DNA of 64,000 nt from Candidatus Kaiserbacteria bacterium (GCA_016186695.1 JACPLC010000001.1:109718-173717), one strand, 5' to 3'. Numbered from the stretch's first letter, positions 19,115 through 30,058 are shown. The notes: generated by a model not told the origin, from the sequence alone. A program made the numbers and translations.

Positions 19115-19630
19115 ATGAAAGATGTCCGAGGCCTTGCCCTCCGCCCGTCGAAGGGTTTTACCTTGATCGAATTGCTTGTCGTGATCGCCATCATCGGGAT
19201 CCTTTCATCGGTCGTTCTCGCATCTCTGAACAGCGCGAGGAAGAAAGGGAGAGACGCTCGCCGTATCGCAGACGTGAGGCAGTTGCAGCTTGCGCTCGAA
19301 CTTTACTACGACAAGTCCAACGCCTATCCGCAGGTCACCGATCTTGATTCCTCGACTCTCGTTTCTGACGGATTTCTCTCTGCCATTCCCCACGATCCGA
19401 GCGACCAGAGGGATTACTCATATGCATATACAACAAACGGCGGGGATTACCATATGGGCGCATCTCTCGAGGATACAAACAATTCGGCGAAGAATAGCGA
19501 CGCCGACTGTACGTCTGCCGCAGCAGGTTGCTTTACCGCTGCCGCAGCGGCCGGAGGATTCAACGGTGCTGATTCCGGAAAGTGCAATACGAATGATACG
19601 GGCACTCTCTGCTACGACGTGACGAGTTAA
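19115..19630 (+). CDS. Type IV pilin (major pilin, prepilin-type N-terminal cleavage/methylation domain)
   Basis: Class III signal KGFTLIELLVVIAIIGIL with cleavage after G. C-terminal Cys pairs. Confidence 0.85.
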   Translation: MKDVRGLALRPSKGFTLIELLVVIAIIGILSSVVLASLNSARKKGRDARRIADVRQLQLALELYYDKSNAYPQVTDLDSSTLVSDGFLSAIPHDPSDQRDYSYAYTTNGGDYHMGASLEDTNNSAKNSDADCTSAAAGCFTAAAAAGGFNGADSGKCNTNDTGTLCYDVTS

Positions 19631-19632
19631 TC

Positions 19633-19712
19633 GGAAGTCGCAGGGACGATTTATTGCCTGCGAAACTCGCTTCGCTCAAACAGTCCTCGTCAACAAATCG
19701 CACCTGCGACTT
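19633..19712 (+). repeat. Structured intergenic repeat family, copy 1 (between the pilin gene and pilD)
   Basis: Core CCTGCGAAACTCGCTTCGCTCAAACAGTCCTCG flanked by a perfect 12-bp outer stem GGAAGTCGCAGG/CCTGCGACTTCC. Homologous to the copies at 37402, 40284, 48881, 51811 and 57595. Confidence 0.7.
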
Positions 19713-19723
19713 CCTCAGGCGGA

Positions 19724-19729
19724 TATAAT
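19724..19729 (+). promoter_or_regulatory. TATAAT -10 hexamer 6 nt upstream of the pilD ATG
   Basis: Sequence ggaTATAATgcaaagATG. Confidence 0.35.
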
Positions 19730-19735
19730 GCAAAG

Positions 19736-21028
19736 ATGGGTGAAGCAATTTTTTTTGGTCTCTTTGGTCTCATTGTAGGAAGCTTTCTCAACGTTCTTAT
19801 TCTCCGGTGGGGTAAACAGCGTGTCACAGGCCGAAGCGCATGCGTTTCTTGCGGTGGGCGAATTGCATGGTATGACCTTATCCCTGTTATTTCGTGGATC
19901 CTCTTGCGCGGCCGTTGTCGCGCGTGCGGCGCAAAGATATCCATCCAATACGTGCTCGTAGAAGCAGGTACCGCGATACTCTTCGTGCTCATCGGACTAT
20001 CTTCGCTTCCACTTCTCACCCGTCTCGCCGCGCTCCCGATCGCGGCTCTCCTTGTTGCGATCGCGGTATACGATCTTCGTCACACCCTCATACCAGATGC
20101 GTGGGTCCTGACAGTTGCTGGGTTAGCGCTTCTTAGTTCGTTACTATCACTCGCAGGTCAGGAAACCTTGTTCGACGTCATCCTGACGCTTTTTTTTGGT
20201 CCTGTGGGAGGATCCCTCGTCGCACTTCCTCTTTTTGGATTTTGGTTTTTCTCGCACGGCACGTGGATGGGATTCGGCGATGTGAAGCTCGCGCTTGCTA
20301 TGGGGTGGCTCTTAGGGATAGTCAGCGGACTAGAGGCGCTCTTTCTCGCCTTCGTCCTCGGAGCGGCCATCGGTATTCCGCTCCTCTTTTTTTCTTCACG
20401 CGCTTGGGAGCTCATGCGGGCGCGATTTACCCCCACAGGAGCTTCGCAGAAGTTTCGTGGGAGGTTTACAATGAAAAGCGAGGTACCGTTCGGTCCGTTT
20501 CTCGTCGCGGCGACACTCATCATATGGCTTTCAAACATGCACGGTCTCGTTGAGAATCTTGCCTATGATGTCGCTCTCTCCGTTAGGCAGGCACAGGTGT
20601 ACGGCATTGCGGTGAGGCGATACGGTGCTACTAATTTCAGCATCGGCTACGGGATGCATTTTGCTATCGACAGTCCCACCACGTACGTGCTATTTGCCGA
20701 CGCGTTATCCGCCAACGGTCTCTATGATGGCTGTCCCGACTCGATTTCGTGCGAGCTGGTCGAATCTACCGACATACTCCGCGGCTACCACATCGCCGAT
20801 CTGTGCGCGACTGCAGGTGGCGGGGGAGGTGAAGTGTGCGGAGTGCAGAAACTCGATATTCTCTTCAAGCGGCCAGAACCCGATGCCTATATAAGTGCGA
20901 ACGGTGTGTCGGGAGTTGCGAACCCCGGAGCACTTCAAGAGCGCGGGCGCATCGTACTCGAATCGCCACGTGCGGATCGCATAAGCGTAATCGTTGAGGT
21001 GGCAGGGCAGATCGCAACGCAACCATAG
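19736..21028 (+). CDS. pilD: Prepilin peptidase (A24 family, PilD) fused to a C-terminal extension of about 165 aa of unknown function
   Basis: N-terminal zinc-binding CxxC...CxxC. Multi-TM A24 peptidase core with the GFGDVKL catalytic Asp region. A24 peptidases are usually 250 to 290 aa, whereas this ORF is 430 aa. Confidence 0.8.
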   Translation: MGEAIFFGLFGLIVGSFLNVLILRWGKQRVTGRSACVSCGGRIAWYDLIPVISWILLRGRCRACGAKISIQYVLVEAGTAILFVLIGLSSLPLLTRLAALPIAALLVAIAVYDLRHTLIPDAWVLTVAGLALLSSLLSLAGQETLFDVILTLFFGPVGGSLVALPLFGFWFFSHGTWMGFGDVKLALAMGWLLGIVSGLEALFLAFVLGAAIGIPLLFFSSRAWELMRARFTPTGASQKFRGRFTMKSEVPFGPFLVAATLIIWLSNMHGLVENLAYDVALSVRQAQVYGIAVRRYGATNFSIGYGMHFAIDSPTTYVLFADALSANGLYDGCPDSISCELVESTDILRGYHIADLCATAGGGGGEVCGVQKLDILFKRPEPDAYISANGVSGVANPGALQERGRIVLESPRADRISVIVEVAGQIATQP

Positions 21029-21030
21029 GT

Positions 21031-21603
21031 ATGGGGGACCGCGGCTTCACACTCATCGAGATGATAGTAGCAGTCGGGCTCTTTGCGGTTGTGATGCTTG
21101 TTTCGACAGCGGCGCTTCTTTCTCTCGTGGGCGCGAACCGCAAAGCACATGCCCTGCAATCGGTCATGAACAACTTTAGTGTCGCACTCGACGGCATGGT
21201 GCGGTCAGTCCGTATGGGTTCCGAATACCATTGTGGGGCAGGTGACATAACCACGCCCCAGTCATGCGAAGACGGTGATACGAAGCTCGCTTTCAAACCG
21301 TTTTGCGAAGAAGACTGCGATTCCCTCGAGAGGTGGGTATACGCGTATGACACGAACGGCACATTCTGCGGACAAGGGCGTCTGTGCAAGTCCGAGAACA
21401 ACGGGAACAATTACTATGCGGTTACTGCGGGAGACGTCTCGATCGACGACCTGACATTTTACGTCATCGGTACAACGCGGGGCGACACGATACAGCCAAA
21501 GGTTGTTGTGGCCGTGAGCGGTACCGCGGGAGGTAGTGATGTAAAAACGAGTACTACATTTTCGATACAAGCTACCGCCGTGCAGAGGATCTTGGACATA
21601 TGA
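21031..21603 (+). CDS. Pseudopilin / minor pilin (prepilin N-terminal methylation motif)
   Basis: GFTLIEMIVAVGLFAVV N-terminus. Confidence 0.75.
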   Translation: MGDRGFTLIEMIVAVGLFAVVMLVSTAALLSLVGANRKAHALQSVMNNFSVALDGMVRSVRMGSEYHCGAGDITTPQSCEDGDTKLAFKPFCEEDCDSLERWVYAYDTNGTFCGQGRLCKSENNGNNYYAVTAGDVSIDDLTFYVIGTTRGDTIQPKVVVAVSGTAGGSDVKTSTTFSIQATAVQRILDI

Positions 21604-22157
21604 AGAAGGGATTTACACTTATTGAGACGCTTGTTGCAGTTACAATCCTTTCGGTTGCGATTACAGCCCCGATGGCCTTGACCGCCAAGAGCCTTGCGGC
21701 CGCGTACTATGCGCGGGATCAGATCACCGCGTATCATCTTGCGCAGGAGGCGATCGAAGCGATACGTCATGCGCGCGACAACAACATCCTCACCAATGTC
21801 TTCGGCACTCATGCGGATCTTTTGGAGGGTATTCCGTCGACGACAGGCTCACCATTCACCGTGGACACTCGGGACGATTCGACGGCTCTCTGCGCGCCCG
21901 ATGGCTGTCCGCCACTGCAATCGAACGGCGAGCTATACGGATACAGACCGGGGTGCTCGATGCCGACTCTTGATTGCGGCACCGCAGAGGGGTGGGAAAA
22001 CTCTCGATTCACCCGCACGGTACGCGCGGAGTTTGTGACAGGAAGTTCGGACGAAGTCCGCATCTCGGTCGAAGTCGAATGGAGAACCGGCTCGTTCCAG
22101 ACGCGTTCGTTCACGATTTCGGAGAATCTCTACCGCTGGGTAGAGGAGATAGAATAG
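21600..22157 (+). CDS. Pseudopilin / minor pilin
   Basis: GFTLIETLVAVTILSVAI N-terminus. 4-nt overlap with the previous gene. Confidence 0.75.
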   Translation: MKKGFTLIETLVAVTILSVAITAPMALTAKSLAAAYYARDQITAYHLAQEAIEAIRHARDNNILTNVFGTHADLLEGIPSTTGSPFTVDTRDDSTALCAPDGCPPLQSNGELYGYRPGCSMPTLDCGTAEGWENSRFTRTVRAEFVTGSSDEVRISVEVEWRTGSFQTRSFTISENLYRWVEEIE

Positions 22158-22166
22158 TATGAAAAT

Positions 22167-22628
22167 ATGAAAGGGAGAAAAAGGGAAAAAGGGTTTACAC
22201 TGATGCTTGCGGCGCTTATCGCTTCCGTGACGCTTGCGCTCGGCACGTCCATCTTTGCGCTTGCCCAAAAGGAGCTCTCACTCTCATCGGTTGGCCGTGA
22301 TTCGCAGTTTGCCTTCTACGCGGCCGACACTGGTGCCGAGTGTGCGCTCTATTGGGACATACGATTCCAGCTCTTTCCCACGACAACACCGACCTCGAAG
22401 AATCTCACCTGCGACAACGAGGCGAAAACCACATCAGCTTCAAACGTCGACGGTGATATTATCTCCTCGTTCGAGTTTGAACCCAACGGGTACTGCGCGA
22501 AGGTAAGTGTCACAAAACGTGATACGAACCCGAGGACGAAGATTCACGTGGACGGCTACAACACGACATGCGCGAACATCCAATCGAGCTCCCATGCGCT
22601 TGAGCGCTCCGTCGATCTTAAGTACTGA
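22167..22628 (+). CDS. Pseudopilin / minor pilin
   Basis: KGFTLMLAALIASVTLAL N-terminus. Confidence 0.7.
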   Translation: MKGRKREKGFTLMLAALIASVTLALGTSIFALAQKELSLSSVGRDSQFAFYAADTGAECALYWDIRFQLFPTTTPTSKNLTCDNEAKTTSASNVDGDIISSFEFEPNGYCAKVSVTKRDTNPRTKIHVDGYNTTCANIQSSSHALERSVDLKY

Positions 22629-22638
22629 AAACAGCTGA

Positions 22639-24977
<2,339 letters not shown>

Positions 24978-24987
24978 TTCATGATTC

Positions 24988-26412
24988 ATGAATCTTGATT
25001 CTTTAACAATTGCCGAAGCGCGTCGCGCTCTTGATGTCAAAGAGTATTCGGCGCTTGAGCTCACGGACGCGTATCTGGATGAGATTTCGAAACGTGATGG
25101 AGAAATCCACGCGTACCTCGAGGTGTGGGAAAAGTCTGCGCGGGAAGAAGCAAAAGCGGCGGATGCGCTTATCGCAAAAGGAGAATCGAAGCCGCTCACC
25201 GGAATTCCACTCGCATTTAAGGACAACATTCTGATAGAAGGACATACGGCGAGCGCTGGCTCGAAAATCCTTGAAAACTACAAAGCTTCCTACGATGCCA
25301 CGGTTATCAGTAAGCTGAAGGAGCACAACGCAGTCTTTCTCGGACGCACGAACTGTGACGAGTTCGCGCTCGGTAGTTCTACAGAAAACTCTGCATATGG
25401 TCCGACGAAGAATCCACACGATCTTTCGCGAGTGCCGGGCGGCACATCAGGCGGATCCACTGCCGCTGTTGCCGCAAACATGGCTCTCGGCGGCTTGGGA
25501 AGTGATACGGGCGGCTCGATACGACAGCCCTCTTCTCTCTGTGGTGTCGTGGGGATGAAGCCGACGTACGGATCGGTCTCAAGATACGGACTCATCGCTG
25601 CCGCTTCCTCGCTAGACCAGATCGGGAGTATCGGCAAAACGGTCGCTGATGCGAGGAGCATTTTCGAAGGCATTCGCGGGCACGATAAGCACGATAGCAC
25701 TTCGCTTCCTGATTCTTTTTTCAATGAGAAACGCACGGTAAAGAAAGTGATCGGCGTTCCGCGCGCGTTCTTGAAAGAGGGGAGTGACGCCGATGTACTC
25801 GCGGAATTCGAAAAGACGCTTGAGAACCTGCAATCGACCGGCTACGAAATACGCGATGTAGAGCTGCCAAACGTGCCATATTCGCTCGCCGTCTACTACA
25901 TCATCAATCCGGCGGAGGTCTCGACCAATCTTGCGCGCTTCGACGGCATTCGCTACGGGCTTTCTGTTCCAGCCGGCGATATCCAGAGCGTGTATTCAAA
26001 AACACGCGGCGCGGGATTTGGCCCAGAAACACGGCGTAGAATTCTCGTCGGAACATTTGTGCTCTCCGCTGGTTATGCGGATGCGTACTACCGAAAGGCG
26101 CGCGCGGTGCGCGAGTTGATACGTGATGATTTCAAGCGCGCATTCGAATCAGTCGATGCGATCGCTATGCCGACTTCGCCGACACCGGCCTTCAAGATAG
26201 GGGAAAAGTCGGATGACCCGCTCGCCATGTACGCTGCAGACATTTTCACCGTTCCGGTCAATCTCGCGGGAGTTCCGGCTATTTCCGTGCCCTCGGGCAT
26301 GGTCCCGCGTGAAGGTAAAAATCTACCCGTCGGATTTCAGATTATTGCGCCGCACGGAGGAGAAGACGCACTGTTCACGGTTGGGGAAGATGTCGAAAAG
26401 GGCAGGGGGTAA
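24988..26412 (+). CDS. gatA: Glutamyl-tRNA(Gln) amidotransferase subunit A (amidase signature family)
   Basis: Amidase signature GGTSGGSTAAVAA. Ser-cisSer-Lys triad region. About 474 aa. Confidence 0.88.
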   Translation: MNLDSLTIAEARRALDVKEYSALELTDAYLDEISKRDGEIHAYLEVWEKSAREEAKAADALIAKGESKPLTGIPLAFKDNILIEGHTASAGSKILENYKASYDATVISKLKEHNAVFLGRTNCDEFALGSSTENSAYGPTKNPHDLSRVPGGTSGGSTAAVAANMALGGLGSDTGGSIRQPSSLCGVVGMKPTYGSVSRYGLIAAASSLDQIGSIGKTVADARSIFEGIRGHDKHDSTSLPDSFFNEKRTVKKVIGVPRAFLKEGSDADVLAEFEKTLENLQSTGYEIRDVELPNVPYSLAVYYIINPAEVSTNLARFDGIRYGLSVPAGDIQSVYSKTRGAGFGPETRRRILVGTFVLSAGYADAYYRKARAVRELIRDDFKRAFESVDAIAMPTSPTPAFKIGEKSDDPLAMYAADIFTVPVNLAGVPAISVPSGMVPREGKNLPVGFQIIAPHGGEDALFTVGEDVEKGRG

Positions 26413-26429
26413 GGGGATATAATAGGGCA

Positions 26430-27113
26430 ATGGAGAACACGCTCATCGGGGCTTTTCCGGAGGCGTTCAGTTTTTTGGGCGATCTGCTTTTTCGCTGGGT
26501 ACCTGCGACGGTAATTGCTGTTTTGAATATTAGTCCCTCGTCTCCCTTTGCCAATCTCGAACAGCCGATCACTGCATGGAATGTGCCAATCCTGCTCGCG
26601 CAAGCATCAGGGCCGACGGGGTATGAATCACTCCTCAAGGGATGGTTTGTCTTTTCGTTTCTTACGCTGGTCGGCTCGCTTCCATTTCTCGCACTCATTC
26701 TCTACTGCTGGACGCGCATCTTCCAAATACGGCGACGCGAGTATCGCGCGTTTCGCGCAGCACAGCGCACCGTCGTATCGCAGGATATTCCGCGCACGCA
26801 GCTGCGCTGGAATCGAGTTATCGACCAGTCCAACAGTTCCAATCCCGAAGGCTGGCGTCTCGCAATTCTCGAAGCAGACATTATGCTCAACGAGCTTCTG
26901 GACGTGCAGGGCTACAAGGGCGAGACGATTGCAGAAAAGATGAAACAGGTCGACCGCGCGAACTTTCACTCGATCGATGATGCGTGGGAAGCGCACAAAA
27001 TCCGCAATCGCATTGTGCACGAAGGCACGGCACATGAGCTTTCGCATCGCGAAGTTCGGCGTGTTGTCGCTCTCTACGAGCGAGTATTCAAAGAGTTCAA
27101 GTATATCGAATAA
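26430..27113 (+). CDS. Membrane-anchored protein with a C-terminal HEPN-like domain (RNxxxH motif)
   Basis: N-terminal third has three hydrophobic helices. C-terminal region carries KIRNRIVHEG, which matches the Rx4-6H / RNxxxH HEPN nuclease motif. No other recognised domain. Confidence 0.45.
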   Translation: MENTLIGAFPEAFSFLGDLLFRWVPATVIAVLNISPSSPFANLEQPITAWNVPILLAQASGPTGYESLLKGWFVFSFLTLVGSLPFLALILYCWTRIFQIRRREYRAFRAAQRTVVSQDIPRTQLRWNRVIDQSNSSNPEGWRLAILEADIMLNELLDVQGYKGETIAEKMKQVDRANFHSIDDAWEAHKIRNRIVHEGTAHELSHREVRRVVALYERVFKEFKYIE

Positions 27114-27151
27114 ACGCAAAAATTCCGCTTTCGCGGAATTTTGCATCTCGT

Positions 27152-27223
<72 letters not shown>

Positions 27224-27263
27224 TCTGTGCACTGTACTACAAAGAAAAGTCGGTAGCAATTTT

Positions 27264-27452
27264 TTAGTGGCCGAGTGCGGTGAGCACGACTTCCGTGAGC
27301 GAAACGGCAACGAATGTTGCAAGCGCGAGGAGGAACAATCTCCAATCGAGCGACGTAATGATCGAACCGAAACCGTAGGCGAGAAATCCAAGTGCGACAA
27401 ACCACAGCACGGAATTAAATGCGAGGATCGTTGTCCAGAAGCGTGTGGACAT
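27264..27452 (-). CDS. Hypothetical small membrane protein (62 aa)
   Basis: Two hydrophobic helices. No similarity recognised. Could be spurious. Confidence 0.25.
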   Translation of the reverse strand: MSTRFWTTILAFNSVLWFVALGFLAYGFGSIITSLDWRLFLLALATFVAVSLTEVVLTALGH

Positions 27453-27515
27453 ACTGCAACATGATTATATCGCATTGTTGAGAGGGAAGGAGTAAACTGA
27501 TATCTTGTCAGAATT

Positions 27516-27589
27516 GTCGGGGTAGCTCAGCTGGTTAGAGCGGACGTTTCATAAGCGTCAGGTCGTGGGATCGTAGCCCACCCCCGACA
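27516..27589 (+). tRNA. tRNA-Met (anticodon CAT), elongator-like
   Basis: Cloverleaf with acceptor GTCGGGG/CCCCGAC, D-arm GCTC...GAGC, anticodon stem GACGT/GCGTC and loop TTCATAA. T-loop ATCGTAG carries an A54:U58 swap, a covariation of the usual T54:A58. Confidence 0.7.
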
Positions 27590-27680
27590 CACAGCGGACA
27601 CACAGCGTGGCGGTTGCGGAAGGCATATGTATCCACGTAAGTGGTTAGTGCCATGTCTTGTCACGTGGTAGTATAGTTTT

Positions 27681-28442
27681 GTGGCTCCAATGTATCGTAA
27701 AGTAAGACGTGATTTTTTCCGCATCTGGTCCGCGGAAATGGCATACGTTCTTGGTTTCTTTGCAGCCGATGGCAATATGATCCGGAACAGGCGAGGCGCG
27801 TATTTCGTCAGCTTTTACTCGAATGACAGGCGGTTGCTCGTCGATATCCGACATGTACTCGACTCCTCACACAGGATTGGAACGAAGAAACATTTTCCTT
27901 CGCGTAGGACCGCATACCAACTTCAAATCGGGAGCAAAGAAATCTTTGAGGATTTGTTGTCATTGGGATTTACTCCAAATAAGAGTACATCACTTCGGCT
28001 GCCGCGTATTCCGAGGTCGCTCGCGAAGCATTTCGTGCGAGGCTACTTTGATGGAGACGGCAATGTGTATTTCAAAAGGCACTTCGCGAAGGATCGGGGT
28101 AAATACCGGTGGATATTTCAAAGCAGGTTTACATCGGGCAGTCGTGTGTTTCTGGAAGATCTCCATACCGTTCTTCGGAGCAACGGAATTCTTGGCGGAT
28201 CGCTCATCAAGAAAGAGCGCGGCCACGATTTGCTATTTAGTCATCATGATAGCGTTGCTTTATTCCGTCTTATGTACAATAATATCGGCGATTGCGTATA
28301 TCTTAGGAGAAAGTACTTGCTATTCCGACACGCAGTCGACTCATTGTATGGGGGCGTAGCTCAGCCCGGTTCAGAGCGTCCGCTTGTCACGCGGAAGGTC
28401 GCGGGTTCAAATCCCGTCGCTCCCGCATCACCGAAAAACTGA
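27681..28442 (+). CDS. Double-motif LAGLIDADG homing endonuclease, free-standing; functional protein probably ends near 28349
   Basis: Two LAGLIDADG motifs, LGFFAADGN and VRGYFDGDGNV, about 100 aa apart. Lower GC (about 47%) than the flanks. From 28350 the frame reads through tRNA-Asp, so the last 30 codons probably translate the tRNA. Confidence 0.75.
   Translation: MAPMYRKVRRDFFRIWSAEMAYVLGFFAADGNMIRNRRGAYFVSFYSNDRRLLVDIRHVLDSSHRIGTKKHFPSRRTAYQLQIGSKEIFEDLLSLGFTPNKSTSLRLPRIPRSLAKHFVRGYFDGDGNVYFKRHFAKDRGKYRWIFQSRFTSGSRVFLEDLHTVLRSNGILGGSLIKKERGHDLLFSHHDSVALFRLMYNNIGDCVYLRRKYLLFRHAVDSLYGGVAQPGSERPLVTRKVAGSNPVAPASPKN
28350..28425 (+). tRNA. tRNA-Asp (anticodon GTC)
   Basis: Acceptor GGGGGCG/CGCTCCC (one G:U pair). 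D-arm GCTC...GAGC. Anticodon stem TCCGC/GCGGA with loop TTGTCAC. T-arm GCGGG TTCAAAT CCCGT. Confidence 0.8.
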
Positions 28443-28663
28443 CAGCCGGCCGCGCCGACATTTTCGCATGACTGAAGCCTAAATTTTAGGCGGCGAGCCG
28501 ATAATCACTGCGCTGCCTTGACCATATAAAACACTAAATGTAAAGTAAGGTGGGTATAGCGGAGTGCGCGAGATGACCTCGCGGTCAGTCCGCAGTGCTT
28601 ATCTCAAATTTGATGCGATAAGCATCGCTTCTGATCGTGAAGGCAGATATGGGAGAGTGACCT

Positions 28664-28864
28664 ATGATGATGTCGACTGAATTATTGGAACGGCTCGTTC
28701 CATGGTCTGATGACAGCTTCCTTGTCTTCGACGTAAAGTCCATCTTGCAGCACTGCTTCGACAAGGGAGCCCTCTCACCTAGAAAGGTCGAGGGCATGCT
28801 CGCGACACTCCCTGCCTCGGAGCAAATTCGCAGGCGCAACAGCGCCGGTGAATCGCTCCACTAG
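28664..28864 (+). CDS. Hypothetical small protein (66 aa)
   Basis: ORF only. Preceded by a hairpin-rich 220-nt intergenic region. Confidence 0.3.
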   Translation: MMMSTELLERLVPWSDDSFLVFDVKSILQHCFDKGALSPRKVEGMLATLPASEQIRRRNSAGESLH

Positions 28865-28950
28865 CAATGGACCGGAAAGTTCTGGTCCACGCGACGAGCC
28901 GTCAGAGGATACTGGCGGCTCGCTCTTATGCTTTCGTGCAGGAGCGGTGA

Positions 28951-28956
28951 TAGAAT
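28951..28956 (+). promoter_or_regulatory. TAGAAT -10-like hexamer 6 nt upstream of the HD-domain gene ATG
   Basis: Sequence gtgaTAGAATcagcggATG. Confidence 0.3.
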
Positions 28957-28962
28957 CAGCGG

Positions 28963-29616
28963 ATGAAGACTGCGCAGGATATTTACGCTGAATACAACAT
29001 CATGCCCTCGCTGCAGCTCCATCAGCTGCGGGTAGCGGCGGCCGCGAAGTTAATTTGCGACAATTTGAAAGTCCCGGTCAATACGGGCGATGTCGTTCTT
29101 GCGTGCCTTTTTCACGACATGGGCAACATTTTGAAATTTGATCTTGGGAAAACGTTTCCTGAATTTCTCGAACCAGAAGGGGCAGAGTATTGGAGGCAAG
29201 CGAAGGCGGAATTCTTATATCGATATGGCGACAACGCGCACAAGGCGAACATCGCGATTGGGAGAGAGATCGGATTAGACAAGAGGATCGTCGAGCTGAT
29301 CGATAGCATAAGTTTTTCGAATATTGCAAACATTGTTGCAAATGCTTCGTTCGAGCAAAAAATCAGTGAGTATGCCGACGATAGGGTAGGTCCGTACGGG
29401 GTCTTGCCACTGAAAGAACGTCTTGCAGAGGCTCGCGCACGCTATATCGAGAGCGGAAAAACGTACTATACGGCTGAAGGATTCGACAAACTTTCGCGCT
29501 TGGTATATGAACTTGAGCGACAAATCTTTGCGCACACGAGTGTCCGACCCGAAGATCTCAACGACGCAGCCGTCGAGTCTATCATTGAGCAATTGAGAAC
29601 CTACACGGTAGCGTGA
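28963..29616 (+). CDS. HD-domain phosphohydrolase family protein
   Basis: H...HD motif (LACLFHDMGN) and downstream metal-ligand residues. Confidence 0.7.
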   Translation: MKTAQDIYAEYNIMPSLQLHQLRVAAAAKLICDNLKVPVNTGDVVLACLFHDMGNILKFDLGKTFPEFLEPEGAEYWRQAKAEFLYRYGDNAHKANIAIGREIGLDKRIVELIDSISFSNIANIVANASFEQKISEYADDRVGPYGVLPLKERLAEARARYIESGKTYYTAEGFDKLSRLVYELERQIFAHTSVRPEDLNDAAVESIIEQLRTYTVA

Positions 29617-29631
29617 TAGTATCGCAATGTC

Positions 29632-29704
29632 GCCGATGTAGCTCAGTTGGTAGAGCAACTCCATGGTAAGGAGTAGGTCGCCGGTTCAACTCCGGCCATC
29701 GGCT
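29632..29704 (+). tRNA. tRNA-Thr (anticodon GGT)
   Basis: Acceptor GCCGATG/CATCGGC. Anticodon stem ACTCC/GGAGT with loop ATGGTAA. T-arm GCCGG TTCAACT CCGGC. Confidence 0.85.
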
Positions 29705-29755
29705 CACGAGATGAGTACTGGAAATTCGTTAAAAATCCCGTAGGATAAGCTCGTT

Positions 29756-29873
29756 TGCCGCCTTAGCTCCCTCCTACGCTCAAATTGCATTTGAGCTTCG
29801 GACGGGCAAGCAGTAGGACTTTCCACTACGACTTGCACTTCGAAGCTCCGATGTAAAATCGGAGCGTAGTAGT
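29756..29873 (+). repeat. 14-nt direct repeat of the tRNA-Thr(CGT) 5' end (TGCCGCCTTAGCTC) flanking a 103-nt palindrome-rich spacer
   Basis: First copy at 29756..29769, second copy at 29873..29886 (the start of the real tRNA). The spacer contains the hairpin GCTCAAAT-tgc-ATTTGAGC and ends that pair with each other (TCCTACGCTC with GAGCGTAGTA). Confidence 0.5.
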
Positions 29874-29945
29874 GCCGCCTTAGCTCAGTGGTAGAGCAAC
29901 GCTTTCGTAAAGCGTGGGTCCCCGGTTCAAATCCGGGAGGCGGCT
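29874..29945 (+). tRNA. tRNA-Thr (anticodon CGT)
   Basis: Acceptor GCCGCCT/AGGCGGC. Anticodon stem ACGCT/AGCGT with loop TTCGTAA. T-arm CCCGG TTCAAAT CCGGG. Confidence 0.85.
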
Positions 29946-30058
29946 CCGAATGCCGTGAGGAGACGACTTCCGGATTGTGAGGGGGTCGGGGAACGGGAGT
30001 TCCCCGTGGAGGAAGGATTGGGAAAACCGTGGGTTTCCCAGTTGTCCGGCGTGGCGGC

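Noticed and set aside
27590-28350. Group I intron housing the LAGLIDADG gene
   Set aside because: Both flanking tRNAs are intact and contiguous, so no interrupted host gene is evident, and I could not recognise P/Q/R/S intron core elements by eye. Left as an open check rather than a call.
28540-28610. SRP (4.5S) RNA in the tRNA-Asp downstream spacer
   Set aside because: The conserved domain IV sequence (GGUCCGGAAGGAAGCAGC) is not present. Only generic hairpins are.
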